A stretch of 64,000 nt of DNA. Origin: Podarcis muralis (Eukaryota). Of the stretch, positions 35,227 to 47,979 are shown in pieces. The DNA lies in the NCBI RefSeq assembly GCF_964188315.1, contig NC_135655.1, positions 45,322,001 through 45,386,000 of the forward strand, read 5' to 3'. A program made the translations under genes and the position numbers. Below the pieces are notes generated by a model. That model did no database searches. It was not told where the DNA came from and was given only the letters and a program-made list of their open reading frames with translations. The first letter of the stretch is position 1, and every line of letters starts with the position of its first letter.

Positions 35227-36561
35227 GTAGGGGTGGGGAACTGGATCTGGCTGGCAGGCTGATTCCAGTACTGGTTCACCATCACGAGACCACTTTTGGG
35301 AGGGGCAGTCCACACAGCTGTCAGGTCATGTGACATATGATGTAAGGCAATTCCACTTCAAAGGAAGGATCAGGAGCATTCTCATTTTAGTTCAAGGCAT
35401 GGATACAAAGATTCCTGCCAAAGGTGAGGCTTGTATTCTGCAATGCATTTAAATTCAGCTCTGGATGCAAACCTCATTTTTGGGAAGAATTTACTAAATT
35501 GTACATTTTTTTTGTTCCTGCAACTTGCTCTAGGGCTTTATGATGAAGGATGGGTAATAACAACATTTCACAGAAAGTCAAGTGTAGCTGCAGGAGTAGG
35601 TCCTATAGATATGAAGTTGTCCACATAAGTGTATGAGAAATTGAAATCTGTCCATTTTGCTAAGGCTGCTTTGATCAGCTTTTTAAAAAATCCAGTGTTG
35701 ATGTACTCATTGTGTTAAAACACTGCTTTTAATTGACAGCTTAGCTTCTATGTGTCATGTTGAAATGCTTATCTACACCAAAACAAAAAAGCATTCACTA
35801 TCCTTGGTAGGTTTTGTTTTGCTTTACAGAAATAAGTGTTCCATATTCAAACAGTTTAGGATCCTGCACCTGTAAAATATGCAGGATTAGGATGAATGAA
35901 TTTATAGAAATGTTGTGTAATTAAACTGTCACCTAGCCACATTTCTGTGTGCACACAGATTTATGGCTACCAGTTGTATTAGATACAGTCACTGTATATT
36001 TTAATTTCTAATCAAACACACAATTTAAACATCCCCGTTAGAAATATTGTATTTATTATACTTAAATATGGGATGATCTTATCTTGCCAAAGGAAAAGAA
36101 ACTTATTTGCACTTCTGCAAACTTCATTGAAATGAAGGCCTTCATCACCCTTAATCTGATCTACAAATAAAAAAGAGCTGGCTTACAAATTAACAGTGTT
36201 GTTCTGGGTAGCCAATTTGATGGCATCCAAATGTCACTAGAGTACAACACCCATCATCTCTGTGCATTGGCTATGCTGGGTGGGGCAGAAGGGAGATGGT
36301 GCTTAGCAACATCTGGAGGGTGTCATGTTGACTGACTCTGGACCAGATGTACTTTACTGTGTACACAATTCTGCATTTTAATAGGCAGATAGCATCAATC
36401 TGTTTGTAGTCAGACTAACAGGTATTTTTTTTTCCTATCCAGAAAGCTTTCAATGTCCAAGCAGGAAGTTCTCAGAGGTTTGGATTGCTATCTTAAATAT
36501 ACTAGTAAGTACAATAGAAGAGTATTCTTCTAACACATTTATTTTGAACATATTTAACATG

Positions 36562-38334
36562 TTATACAGGCAACAGAGGGTTCTTAGTAATCAACAATCC
36601 CTTCTCAAATAAGACTGCGGCCAAGGCAATTTTGTCATCCAGCGTAGCACAAGGAAGGTCTTCCACACTAACATACTTTGGGTAGGAAGAAAGCAAAAAT
36701 TCAATACCATCTGCATATTCAGGCTCTATTTCACAATATTTGGGCTCCTCCTTGTGGTACACCCTTGAATTTTCTGTAGTATAATACAGCAATGTGGCAT
36801 CTCCTTCGTTGCACAATCTGACAATTCCATACTGAAGCAGCCGTACCTGTGTCTTTTTCTTCAACTGGACATCAAGATTTTGGACATTTCCATTTTCCCA
36901 CCGTGCTGGATGTCCATACACACTCAATGCCTTTTCACTCTCAGTCAGCACTGGCGGGAGGCAGTCGTGAAGAAAAGCCTTGGCTTTTTGATCCACAGCA
37001 GCATCAACTGGTGCAAAATCCATTAGTTTGGTTATTAGTGTTCTGATCTTTTGCATAAAGGCATCTCGGCGAGGATCAACAACATCCGAGTTCAGGACTC
37101 CCATGTATTCCAGGTAGTCTGTGGGTAGCCCACGGCGATAGTCCACATCCTCTTCAATGGCCATCTGCAGTGCTGCAGGAAGGAGCTTTTCTAACAGGTC
37201 TCCCCAGGAGTTTCGCTGGTACGAGGATACTGTTATATGGAGGGAATGTGCATCTGGGAGACAGTCGCCTTGGTGGATAAACCCGCGGGGGAAATAGAGC
37301 AGGTCTCCAGCTTCTAATACAGTCTCCAGAATGGGTTCTCCAATCTCCTCCTGGCTAAAGTTGCTACTCGAAAACTGAGGCAACACCTCCGCCTCTTTCC
37401 TCGGGCTGTAAACCCGCCAATGCTTCTTTCCTTCCAGCTGGATCACAAAGGCTTCAATGTCATCATAGTGAGGAGCAAAGCCCTGTGTACCAGCAGGGGT
37501 CAAGTAAGTGTTTGCTCCCACCATGCTGTTGAACTGCTCCTGGAGGATGGAGAGGAACTGCCAGAGGGTGAAAGAAAAAGCCTGGGGGTTTAGCATCCTG
37601 AGGGAACAGCCATTCCTGTAGAAATCCCACACCACAGCCGGCAGTGCCCTGCCCTCCGGATTGTGCGTCTCCCTCTTCCCATCTTCGTAGCTGGTCACGT
37701 CCAAGTTGACGCCGAACCGAACATCGCTGTCACGCAAGATGGCATCAAACTCTGCTGTAGAGAAGAGGCCCTGGTAATAACCTGGATTGTGCCTCTGGAG
37801 CAAGAGAGGTTTCTTCTCCCAGTACCGGTCAAAGAAGTGACGAGGCGAAGTGGGAGCGATGAGCCACTCGAAGAGTTTGGCGGCTCGCTGCCGGCTATGC
37901 TGAACTTGCCCCAGCTCTTGGAGGAGGCGCTGGAGTGGGCAGCCCATAAAAGGACGCTGGGGGGAAGGCGCCTTCTTTTCCTTATGGGGTGCTGGAGCAG
38001 GGCTTTCTCCGCTTGCCAGGCCGCGCCCACGCTTGGAGGCCGCCGCTGCCGCATCCCTGGAGTTCGAATTCATTCTCCGTCTCTTCGCCAGTTTCACGGC
38101 CGCATCCGGGACGGGGCGAGCATCCCTGGGCGGCTCCCCGTTGGCGGCCCCTGGTACCTCCGCGCAGTCCTCGGCGGCCAGCGCCCTCTTAGAGGGCCGC
38201 TTCTTGGCCTTGTGGCGCCTCAGCGAGACGGACACCCCGTGCCTCGGGCGCGGCGGCAGCTCCCGGTCCCCGACTTGCACGGCGGAGCGGTAGGCCAAGA
38301 GCGCGGACACGCGTGGCGGGTGAAGCAGCTCCAT
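36562..38334 (-). CDS. RIOX1: Ribosomal oxygenase 1 / NO66 (JmjC histidyl hydroxylase), single-exon gene nested in a HEATR4 intron
   Basis: Uninterrupted 590-aa ORF; ATG in context CCAGGCATGG. JmjC motifs [33 protein letters not shown] (HxD, 2OG-binding Lys) and [14 protein letters not shown] (distal His); basic low-complexity N-terminus; expected synteny. Confidence 0.96.
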   Translation of the reverse strand: MELLHPPRVSALLAYRSAVQVGDRELPPRPRHGVSVSLRRHKAKKRPSKRALAAEDCAEVPGAANGEPPRDARPVPDAAVKLAKRRRMNSNSRDAAAAASKRGRGLASGESPAPAPHKEKKAPSPQRPFMGCPLQRLLQELGQVQHSRQRAAKLFEWLIAPTSPRHFFDRYWEKKPLLLQRHNPGYYQGLFSTAEFDAILRDSDVRFGVNLDVTSYEDGKRETHNPEGRALPAVVWDFYRNGCSLRMLNPQAFSFTLWQFLSILQEQFNSMVGANTYLTPAGTQGFAPHYDDIEAFVIQLEGKKHWRVYSPRKEAEVLPQFSSSNFSQEEIGEPILETVLEAGDLLYFPRGFIHQGDCLPDAHSLHITVSSYQRNSWGDLLEKLLPAALQMAIEEDVDYRRGLPTDYLEYMGVLNSDVVDPRRDAFMQKIRTLITKLMDFAPVDAAVDQKAKAFLHDCLPPVLTESEKALSVYGHPARWENGNVQNLDVQLKKKTQVRLLQYGIVRLCNEGDATLLYYTTENSRVYHKEEPKYCEIEPEYADGIEFLLSSYPKYVSVEDLPCATLDDKIALAAVLFEKGLLITKNPLLPV

Positions 38335-38570
38335 GCCTGGACCCGGGATGGGGAAGCGCCGGCCAACACGTGCAGACGGCTTCCGGCTTAGGAGCGAGAC
38401 TTTTCGACCTCTCCTTCCGGTGCCGCTTCGTACCTAGCTCCGCCCCGGGATTCCCGCGAGGCGACGGGTCAGAGAGACTCGGTGAGAGAAAGCGCCGCTC
38501 TAGCACTAGTGAGCTTTTCCGGTCTAAAACGGAAGTGGGGCCCTTGTTCTCTAACAAGTATCTAGGATAT
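37900..38570 (-). promoter_or_regulatory. CpG-island promoter of RIOX1 with several ETS/GABP-like CCGGAA / CGGAAGT motifs
   Basis: CpG-dense. CTTCCGG at about 38380 and 38415, and TTTCCGG...CGGAAGTG at about 38516-38537; no obvious TATA box. Confidence 0.7.
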
Positions 38571-38939
38571 CATAGAGATACGAAGGGATAGAACGATCCC
38601 ATTTTATGTTCTAGTGTAAAACGTGTTATTCTTATATTTATCCTCTGCCTTTGACTCTAACAGGGACTCAGGGCAACTCGCCCATAAAAGAAGAACACCT
38701 AAAAACATAGGGGGGAAACAATCGTTAAAAACAATTGAACATTAATAGAATTAAAAATCTAAAAAATCTATTAAAAACATAAGATACAATCGCAATAAAA
38801 CAGCAGGACACCACTGGATTTAATAATGTATCATCTCACACGCACCCCAGATTTGAAATTTAGGCCGTGCGCGACTCTTAGCTTTTTGCAAAGATACCAC
38901 GGTGGAGCAGGTTGCTACTCCTGCATCGTAAATCAGATT

Positions 38940-39020
38940 TAAAGGTAAAGGACCCCTGACAGTTAAGTCCAGTCGCAGACGACTCTCGGGTTGCGGCGCT
39001 CATCTCGCTTTACAGGCCGA
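38940..39020 (-). mobile_element. Sauria-type SINE 3' fragment
   Basis: AAAGGTAAAGGACCCCTGAC...GACGACTCTCGGGTTGCGGCGCTCATCTCGCTTTA matches the tail of 7164-7521. Confidence 0.75.
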
Positions 39021-39841
39021 GGCTTGGGAGTAATTATTTTGAATTCAAGCTAACTTACTTTCGGGCAAACACCCATAGGCTGGAGCTCACCTCAGCATGC
39101 CTTACTCTTGAGTAACTATGTTTAGTGCATTAGGTCGGAATTCTAAACCCATATTTATTTACTTGGAGATAAATCCTATTAGTCAAAAGAGGTTCAGTTT
39201 GGGCTTCAAGCCACATAGGTGTCTCAAGATGCTGTTTTGCCATATTAACAAATCATATACAGCCAGATTTAACATAGATAATGGCAATGACATAAAAGTA
39301 AATACAGCTGCTCAACAAATAATAAATGCTAATGCTATTTAAAATGTATCCAGTGAAATATCTACAGCAAAATTATTTAATTATATGATAATAGCAGAAT
39401 AAACAGTCACTCTTATATGAAAAAGTAATTCCCATGAGGTGTTTTTGAGGCTTCCCTAGATTGCAGACACAGACCTCAGAAGGACAGGCACTTACCAACA
39501 AATAATTTAAGCCACTATAAATACATTTTAGCTATGTGCACTTATTCCGAAGTAAATTCTGTGTTTGTAAGCATGCACAGGATTCCTGCCTAAATCACCA
39601 ACTTGTGCAGTTTGAGCTATTCAATGCAAGTAGCTCAGTTTGTGACTTTTACTGGAATCCTAAACATGTTTACTAAAGTAGGTCCTTTAGGGGCAAGTAG
39701 GACATGCCAAGTATCATGTTGTGCAGCCTTTTGCATTTATAGGGTTAGGAGAAATCAATCGAAAGTTTGTTTTTCATGTAATGTGAATTGCATTGCTAAT
39801 ATGTGCATATTACTGATACTGATTTTAAAAACAGCAATATT

Positions 39842-41041
39842 TGTTGTTGTTTAGTCGTTTAGTCGTGTCCGACTCTTCGTGACCCCATGGACCAGAGCAC
39901 GCCACGCCCTCCTGTCTTCCACTGCCTCCCACAGTTTGGTCAGACTCATGTTTGTAGCTTCGAGAACACCGTCCAACCATCTCGTCCTCTGTCGTCCCCT
40001 TCTCCTCGTGCCCTCCATCTTTCCCAACGTCAGGGTCTTTTCCAGGGAGTCTTCTCTTCTCATGAGGTGGCCAAAGTATTGGAGCCTCAGCTTCAGGATC
40101 TGTCCTTCCAGTGAGCACTCAGGGCTGATTTCCTGAAGAATGGATGCGTTTGATCTTCTTGCAGTCCATGGGACTCTCAAGAGTCTCCTCCAGCACCGTA
40201 ATTCAAAAGCATCAATTCTTTGGCGATCAGCCTTCTTTATGGTCCAGCTCTCACTTCCATACATCACTACTGGGAAAACCATGGCTTTAACTATACGGAC
40301 CTTTGTTGGTAAGGTGATGTCTCTGCTTTTTAAGATGCTGTCTAGGTTTGCCATCGCCTTTCTCCCAAGGAGCAGGCGTCTTTTAATTTCGTGGCTGCTG
40401 TCCCCATCTGCAGTGATCATGGAGCCCAAGAAAGTAAAATCTCTCACTGCCTCCATTTCTTCCCCTTCTATTTGCCAGGAGGTGATGGGACCAGTGGCCA
40501 TGATCTTCGTTTTTTTGATGTTGAGCTTCAGACCATATTTTGCGCTCTCCTCTTTCACCCTCATTAAAAGGTTCTTTAATTCCTCCTCACTTTCTGCCAT
40601 CAAGGTTGTGTCATTTGCATATCTGAGGTTGTTGATCTTCCGGCGATCTTAATTCCGGCTTGGGATTCATCCAGCCCAGCCTTTCGCATGATGAATTCTG
40701 CATATAAGTTAAATAAGCAGGGAGACAATATACAGCCTTGCCGTACTCCTTTCCCAATTTTGAACCAATCAGTTGTTCCATATCCAGTTCTAACTGTAGC
40801 TTCTTGTCCCACATAGAGATTTCTCAGGAGACAGATGAGGTGATCAGGAACTCCCATTTCTTTAAGAACTTGTCATAGTTTGCTGTGGTCGACACAGTCA
40901 AAGGCTTTTGCATAGTCAATGAAGCAGAAGTAGATGTCTTTCTGGAACTCTCTAGCTTTCTCCATAATCCAGCACATGTTTGCAATTTGGTCTCTGGTTC
41001 CTCTGCCCCTTCGAAATCCAGCTTGCACTTCTGGGAGTTCT
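39842..41041 (-). mobile_element. BovB LINE, 5'-truncated 1.2-kb copy, frameshifted
   Basis: RT C-terminal half (GKGVRQGCILSPCLFNLY..., MAESEEELKNLLMRVKEES...); frameshift near 40630 and YADD changed to YAND; exact 12-bp TSD AACAGCAATATT (39830-39841, 41042-41053). Confidence 0.93.
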
Positions 41042-41227
41042 AACAGCAATATTAGATGTTATTATATATCTATACATTACATAATATATGTAAAAATTGA
41101 CAGCAAATATTAAAAATAAACAAGTTATGCCTTTCTCTAGTTTAATTATTATTTGCAAAGAAAGAGATAAGATGAATCTGTATATGGCTTTGCAAAGTCA
41201 AATCTTATTTTGCTACTTGTATTTCAG

Positions 41228-41422
41228 CCTTGGTTGGGAATCCCTCCAACCCCATGGACACAAAGAGCCTTCTTAGAAGCACTGAAAATACGCAATGCTG
41301 AGAAGGCAGAATGTGCCAAGAAACCAAAAGCACCCACAGAGAAGCGGAAAAAATCCAGCGTCAAGAAAACAAAAACAAAAAAACCTGCTCAGAGTCCATT
41401 TACTAGTCAGCCACTCAGCTGA
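41228..41422 (+). CDS. HEATR4: HEATR4 terminal coding exon (195 bp to TGA)
   Basis: Acceptor TATTTCAG|CCT. Encodes PWLGIPPTPWTQRAFLEALK... (cf. human KPRAPNPWLQSS) and then a Lys-rich tail. AATAAA follows at 41781. Confidence 0.65.
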   Translation, partial: PWLGIPPTPWTQRAFLEALKIRNAEKAECAKKPKAPTEKRKKSSVKKTKTKKPAQSPFTSQPLS

Positions 41423-41780
41423 CTCTTCTACTGTGGGAAACAAGGTACAAAAGTCATGTACAGAAAATAGCTTTTCAGATACTTGGAAGCAGAATAATCA
41501 TAGTACAGTTGTTAATTGGTGTATGTGTTCCACCATGGTCTCTAGTCAAACCAGCTCTGCAGGATTTTGAATCATTGAGCTTTCTTCTGCATCTAGTTTC
41601 AGCTCTCTCAGGGTGTTTCCAGCATTGCTGGTATTGCCACACATCTATTACATTACTGGTAATACTTCTGCATTAGATGGGTACAATATATTTCTTCACT
41701 AAGGAGCTGGGGGTGGGGTTAAAAAAACCAACCTAAGTTTTATAGTGTATTTATTGCATGTGCTCATGTGGCCCTTTAGA

Positions 41781-41792
41781 AATAAAAATAAA
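41781..41792 (+). terminator. Candidate HEATR4 polyadenylation signal (tandem AATAAA)
   Basis: AATAAAAATAAA about 360 nt downstream of the stop codon. Confidence 0.45.
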
Positions 41793-42227
41793 TGGGCAAA
41801 GTTACCACACCTTATGCGCAATGCCCACATTTTTTCCTTTTTAAAAGGAGAGAAGGGCAGAAGTTGCTAGCAACTTGGGTCAGTTTTACCACTCTGTTCA
41901 CTAAAACCAAGGCAAGGGCAAGTGTTTACCAGGCTACCTGTTTCCTGCATACTAGTGGGAGTTTCCCCTCAGTTTAATTCTATTTGCATAATTACCAAGT
42001 TTTTGATGCTGGATGAGAGGTACTTAAGCATGTAATTCTACGCACACTTTTACAAATGGGGCACTAGAGAATTATTGGAAATTGCAGTCAAACATAACTA
42101 GCAAGCATAGAGCTAGTGGCAAGCATAGGGTTATTTACTGCATGAAGGGATTTAGGAAAATAGAGCTGTGTTCCTAGACTCAGCTAGGTCACTCCACCTC
42201 TCTGGAGAGGGAGGAAGTGAGGCTTTC

Positions 42228-42230
<3 letters not shown>

Positions 42231-42272
<42 letters not shown>
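42231..42272. repeat. (CT)n microsatellite
   Basis: Direct inspection. Confidence 0.95.
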
Positions 42273-42275
<3 letters not shown>

Positions 42276-43027
42276 CCATGTAACCAACAAAGGAGGATGT
42301 GTGTAAGCTTGCTCTCAAGCTTAGAGCATGTGTTTGAAACTACTAGCTGTATTTTCTACCCAATAATATTTTGCCTGTGTCCTCCTTGCAACTGCATGGA
42401 GCAATGCATGTACCAGACCTTTGAATCTGTAAGTAAAACATTTAAAACTTACTTAGCAGTGTGTGGTCTGTTCTTTGCAAAAGAGGTAGAAAGAGTGGGA
42501 GCATTGTAAATGAGATAAGAGGAGTCTAACAACCTATGTTCCTAATGCTACACTGCTGCTTGACTTTTGTGCTTTAAACTCTCTTGGGGCTTTCTGTGTG
42601 CTTTTTGAATCTAGGCACCCAGCTGATTCTTTTGTTGTTCACCCACACATGTGGGTCCACAGGGATTCATATATTTAATTCCCCAGGAAGAAATGACATG
42701 GACTAAATTGATCCATATTGCAACCCACCATGAAAATAGAAGGAAGACATAATAGGTTCAATCATATACAATACTGATATTTCTTTTATGAGGTGAATGA
42801 TCCAATATGAACAAGAGCCAGTGAATGTGCAGGGAGACAATTAATATGCTACACTTTCTGTTAGCAGTGAGGGAAGAACTACATTCAAATGGGGTCAGAA
42901 GAATTTATTTGAGTCAGTCTAGATTTTGGGTCTGTTTCATATGCACTTTCATTAGAAAAGAGTACAAATACTTACTTCTGGCTGCTCTGAATTGTCTAGC
43001 TCAGAGTAAATCCATTGAAAGTAAATA

Positions 43028-43268
43028 TAGTCGTACCTTAGATCCTGAACGCCTTGCAAGTTGAACATTTTGGCTCCCAAACACTGCAAACCCGGAAGCA
43101 AGTGTTCCGGTTTGCGAACGTTCTTTGGAACCTGAACATCTGACATGGGTTCCAATTGGCTGCAGGAGCTCCCTGCAGCCAATTGGAAGCTGCGACTTGG
43201 TTTCCGAACTTTTTAGAAGTTGAACGCACTTCCAGAATGGATTCCGTTCGACTTTCGAGGTACAACTG
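43028..43268. mobile_element. Tc1/mariner-type MITE (second family)
   Basis: Termini (T)AGTCGTACCTT...GAGGTACAACTG with TA flanks; internal quasi-palindrome. Confidence 0.7.
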
Positions 43269-46200
43269 TAGCTTATTTCAGTAGCTCTAATCTGAACATG
43301 ACCAACATTGGTTATCACTCTTAGTATCAGTTTTAGATTTAAATACATACACATAAATATGAATAAAATATTTCTGTACAATATCCCCATTTGTATTGTT
43401 GGAATCAGGGCTTCACGGATTTACTTTTTGTATAGTGATGTAACCTGAACCATTCTTTACTTAAGACCATGAAATTGTTGTCATTGTTGATTCAAATATC
43501 AACTGTGCCAGCTTTAGAACTAAATACATAGTTTTAAAAAAATGTTTTGGCCTGAAAAACAGGATATTGGGGTAATAGAAAAACCAGGGTAAAAGAAACT
43601 TTATTCTTCACCTTGGACACTTTACTGGATGATCAAACATGCAGTCAGAGTGATATTTTCTGCATAGCATCTCATTTCAAAAACAAAGGTGACCTTGGAG
43701 GAGCTTACCGGTCAATCCTATGCAGAGAAGGTATGGCGTTTGGTTAAAATAAGTTTAGGCATGCTGAACAGTGTAAAATCAGGGTGGATAGCATCCATCA
43801 CTGCCCCTAAAAAAGGAATTGTTATTAAAATTTCTATACTGCCCTTCAGCCAAGGGTCACACAGTGGTTTACAATATAAAAACACAAAAATGCATAACAT
43901 AGTAACAAATGAAACAATATCCCCCACATTGTTTATTAAATTTCAACGGATCATATTATTGTAAACCACGCTGGGAGTCTTTTCTAGCTTAAAAATGATA
44001 AAAATATTTTAACTAACTACCGGTAACTAACTAAATCCCTTTCTACCTTTCCTGCAGAAATTCTTAACTGTCACTTCAGTTCTTCCTGTCTTTTCATGCA
44101 ACCCCTTTTCATATTAGTCATGGGTATTAAGAAAATGACTTCTAGAGTATGGTCCTGTTGTCAAGCTGGATTTATTGTTTTACATCACACTGTGTGGTTT
44201 TATGGCTCTTGATAGATACTATCAAGTGGTAGAAATCCCATAAATAAAATAAAAACAGTGGATTCATATTATCGTTTTCCTGCAGTGAAGTGATTTTTCC
44301 CTGTTTCTTTTTTTCTTGCAAAGAGACTTTATAGTGAGAACTGAACAGAACTACCTAAGATGAAAAACAAACTGTAGTATGAAACCAGTTTTGGCCTCAC
44401 CGGGTACAGCTGAATAAGCTCAGCTAAACAACACTATTAAGCCTAAGAAAACCAAGCATCAGGAATATACTGTTAGCATCGTATAGGAGACTTGGCAGTT
44501 TTAGAGAAAGTGTCTGCAGTGTTCAGTGGTGTTTTTTCACTGCCAACAATAAGGTCTGGCACAAGTGTTCTGCCTTAAGTCTCTAGAAATCTTGCTATAG
44601 CTCCGTTCATATTTCCTAAGCGTCACACTGTTTATTTTGTCTCCAGATGCAGAGGGACATTACTGTACATCTCTGTCATTCTCAAATACTTCGGGACCTT
44701 CATCTGATTGACTAGCAGAAGTGCACTCTTGAAGAAAATAAATGGATCAGAGGGATGGCTAGACAAAGTTACAACAAATATATATTTGTTAATGGACTTC
44801 TATGCTTTTTAAAGTTGTAGTAATTTACTGGCTTTGATTTTTTACACCTGTGCAACAGTATTCTTCAATTGAATTAAAAGGTAAAAAGAAAGCAAATATT
44901 TTTGTGTACCATGGTTCCCTGCCTTCACCCTTCTTGAATGAATAATCTGCACAAGTGTGAGTGTTACTGAATGGGATTATCAGAACCACATCAGATGAAT
45001 GCAGTGGTTAGGTAATAATATTGTCGCATGCCACCCCAGTCTCCAAGCAGTTCAAGATTCCAGGGGTTCCAGGTGCTTGCCCAGGATTCGATTTCCTTGA
45101 AATGAGGGGCTGTGGTGTCTTTATGATATATGGTTTATTTACACATACATACAACCTGAGCCTATGATTAAGGGGCTTGCAGCATTAACAACCCAGAAAG
45201 TCTTGCTTCTCCCAAAGTCACAGCATTGGATTCAAGCAGAAATCAGGCATAGCTCCCGCTCTCAGGCTTCTTCCTGCTGTCTGCTTCTAGCACAGCTCTT
45301 GCACACAACCAATCTGCCTTTGTTCTTCTCACTACCAGTCAGGTGACGGAGGGAGCCCAACCATTTGCCATTCTAAAACAGAGCAGCTTCCTTTCTTATA
45401 CTAATACTTAGGGCACATTAACTCAGCTCCTTCAATGGAATCCCCAAATTCACAGTGATATATTAAACATTGCTCAGCACTTAATATAGAAAAGCAACAT
45501 AACATATGTAAGTAGCATGCTTTGCATAGAGTCGTGCAACCAGAACCTGCAACAGCATGCGGGAATTGTTCAGTAGGAATTTTGAGCGTCCAGGAAATTT
45601 TACTACTATATAGTGCTGGGACAACATAAAAGTAATGCAAGATGGTTAATCTTCAGGAAGGTAGAAGCAGAATTGTTATTATTTATTAAAGCTATTAGTC
45701 ACTTTTTTGCCACAGCAACTTAAAGCAACTTACAATGTTTTAGGCAATAAACAAACACATTAAAACAAAACAAAAATGGTGGAAAATTTTCTGACAGCAC
45801 ATCATTCACCAGGAAGCTCCCCTTGGTTACCGTAATCTGCTCCACAGAACTACTTAAGATAGGGTATTTGGATTTGAGTCAATACAAGTCACTCAGACCA
45901 GACTCATGTGGGGTTAGGAGTGCCTAAGCCCCTTGATTTTAATTGGCTTGGGGGCATCTAATTCTGCATAGGATCAGGCTGTATATTGGCTTAAATCTAT
46001 GTACTTTGTGCTTAGCTGATTTGTGCTTTATCTTGTACACAGGGCATCTGCTACCATATCACTTTCCTGGAAGCATTGTTGCTGTCAAAACACATGCTGG
46101 AGTTATCTAAACAGAAACATCAATTCCATGTAGGGACACCACAGCCATTATGCCAGTTGTTATGCCAAGTGAGTTGAAAGCAGACAAAGATGCTAAGCAT

Positions 46201-46414
46201 AGGGGCATATGTGAACAAGTTTTTTCATTGCTCATCACAGTTGTGACAGACACCACTGTAGAAATGGCTTGTTCCAGTAGGTGGTAGTATGGTACAGAAA
46301 AACATTTTACTTTAGATGGTCTAACTTTCCCAACATGCAATAATGGGGAGCTGGATATTTTGCCTGCACCATTTCGCTGTTTGATAAATGTAAGCACTCT
46401 ATCCCCAAACCAGC

Positions 46415-46419
<5 letters not shown>

Positions 46420-46484
<65 letters not shown>
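46420..46484. repeat. Compound (GT)n(GA)n microsatellite
   Basis: Direct inspection. Confidence 0.95.
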
Positions 46485-46488
<4 letters not shown>

Positions 46489-47592
46489 ATAAGTCTTACA
46501 TGTGCACCTCAGGGATAAACAACTAAGAGCTTACCGGAAAGCTATTTCAAAATATTTGAGAAATGAGACTTTTTTGAAAAATGTGTCTTTTCCAAATACA
46601 CATATTTTTGCACATGTGAATGCATGCATCAATACATGTGCATCATGTATATCTAATTCTTCTGTATTTGCTTTTTTTCCAGGGGCTAGTTATTCAGCTG
46701 GGTGCAGCACTTGGGTCTCTTCCTGAGGTGCCCACACTCTTTTATACTCAGAAAGCCTTTCCTAGTAGTGAAGGATTGAGGTCTCTCTAGTAGCCAGAAA
46801 GGCTTCTGCTCCTTCATTCTAGAACTCCATCTGTCTATCAACCTCTCAATGTCATGTAAGAGATGCACCTTTGCCCCTCTATAAATCCCATCCAGAAGTT
46901 GCGATAATTGAGCTCCACATATCTCCGCTGCAGTGGTGAGGATTTTTGTTGTGCACAGGCTCTCTGATATCCAAGCTTAGCATTTCTCTTTCTGGGGAAA
47001 TTAGGTTCAGCTTGCTGTTATCAGGAGGGGAAACAAGAGCTTCCTATCTATTCGGGATATTGTGTTGCCAGAAGCAGTTTGTGAATCAGCCTTCATTTAA
47101 AGCAGAGGCCTACCCCCAGTGAGTCTCTTGCGAGGCCTACAGCCTTCCTCTTCCTTTCCAGTGTATCTACTTGCCATTATAAAAGGTAGAGAAATGATAC
47201 TTTCTCTTATTCTACACAACATTCAGCAGGGAAGGGAAATCATTCACTGGGGACTTTTGCAGCTTGGGAGTTCTCTGGCCCTGGGTCTTGTACTTATTAT
47301 TATATTATGGTCTGGAAGCACATGAGGCAATCACCCCAAAGGAAGGAGGTCAGCCAGGACTTCTATGGCAGAAGCTTTGCCTCTGTCCAAACATATGGCA
47401 TGTTTTAAAGCAGGGAGGCTTTTCCACTTTGGCTACAAAAAGGGTCATCCAGCGTAAACAGAGTTTAAGACAGCTAGGATCCTTGCAAAGTGTAGGTGAG
47501 TATCAAGACACTCTGACTGACAAGAGGGGAATATCTGAGTAAACCAAGTACACACATAGGGTGGGATAGGGGAGAGAGGGACAGGCAGCCTA

Positions 47593-47979
47593 ATATTATT
47601 ATTATTATTATTATTATTATTTATACCCTGCCCACCTGGCTGGGTTTCCCCAGCCACTCTGGGCAGCTCCCAACAGAATATTAAAAACACGATAAAACAT
47701 CAAACATTAAAGACTCCAGTAAACAGGGTTGCCTTCAGATGTCTTTTAAAAGCAAGATAGTTGCTTATTTGCTTGACATCTGATGGGAGGGCGTTCCACA
47801 GGGCAGGCGCTCCTACCAAGAAGGCCTTCTGGCTGGTTCCCTGTAACCTCACATCTCGCAGTGAGGGAACTGCCAGAAGGCCCTCGGCGCTGGACCTCAG
47901 TGTCCGGGCTGAACAATGGGGATGGAGAAGCTCCTTCAGATATACTGGGCCGAGGCTGTTTAGGGCTTTAAAGGTCAGC
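47593..47979 (-). mobile_element. L2 3' fragment, same family as the intact element
   Basis: LTFKALNSLGPVYLKE...RTLRSSAEGLLAVPSLR...LWNALPSDVK...FNV; same 3' UTR and (ATT)n tail as 18450-18876. Confidence 0.9.

Noticed and set aside
37663-38591. 242-aa and smaller ORFs antisense to or overlapping RIOX1
   Set aside because: Shadow frames of the GC-rich RIOX1 5' region.
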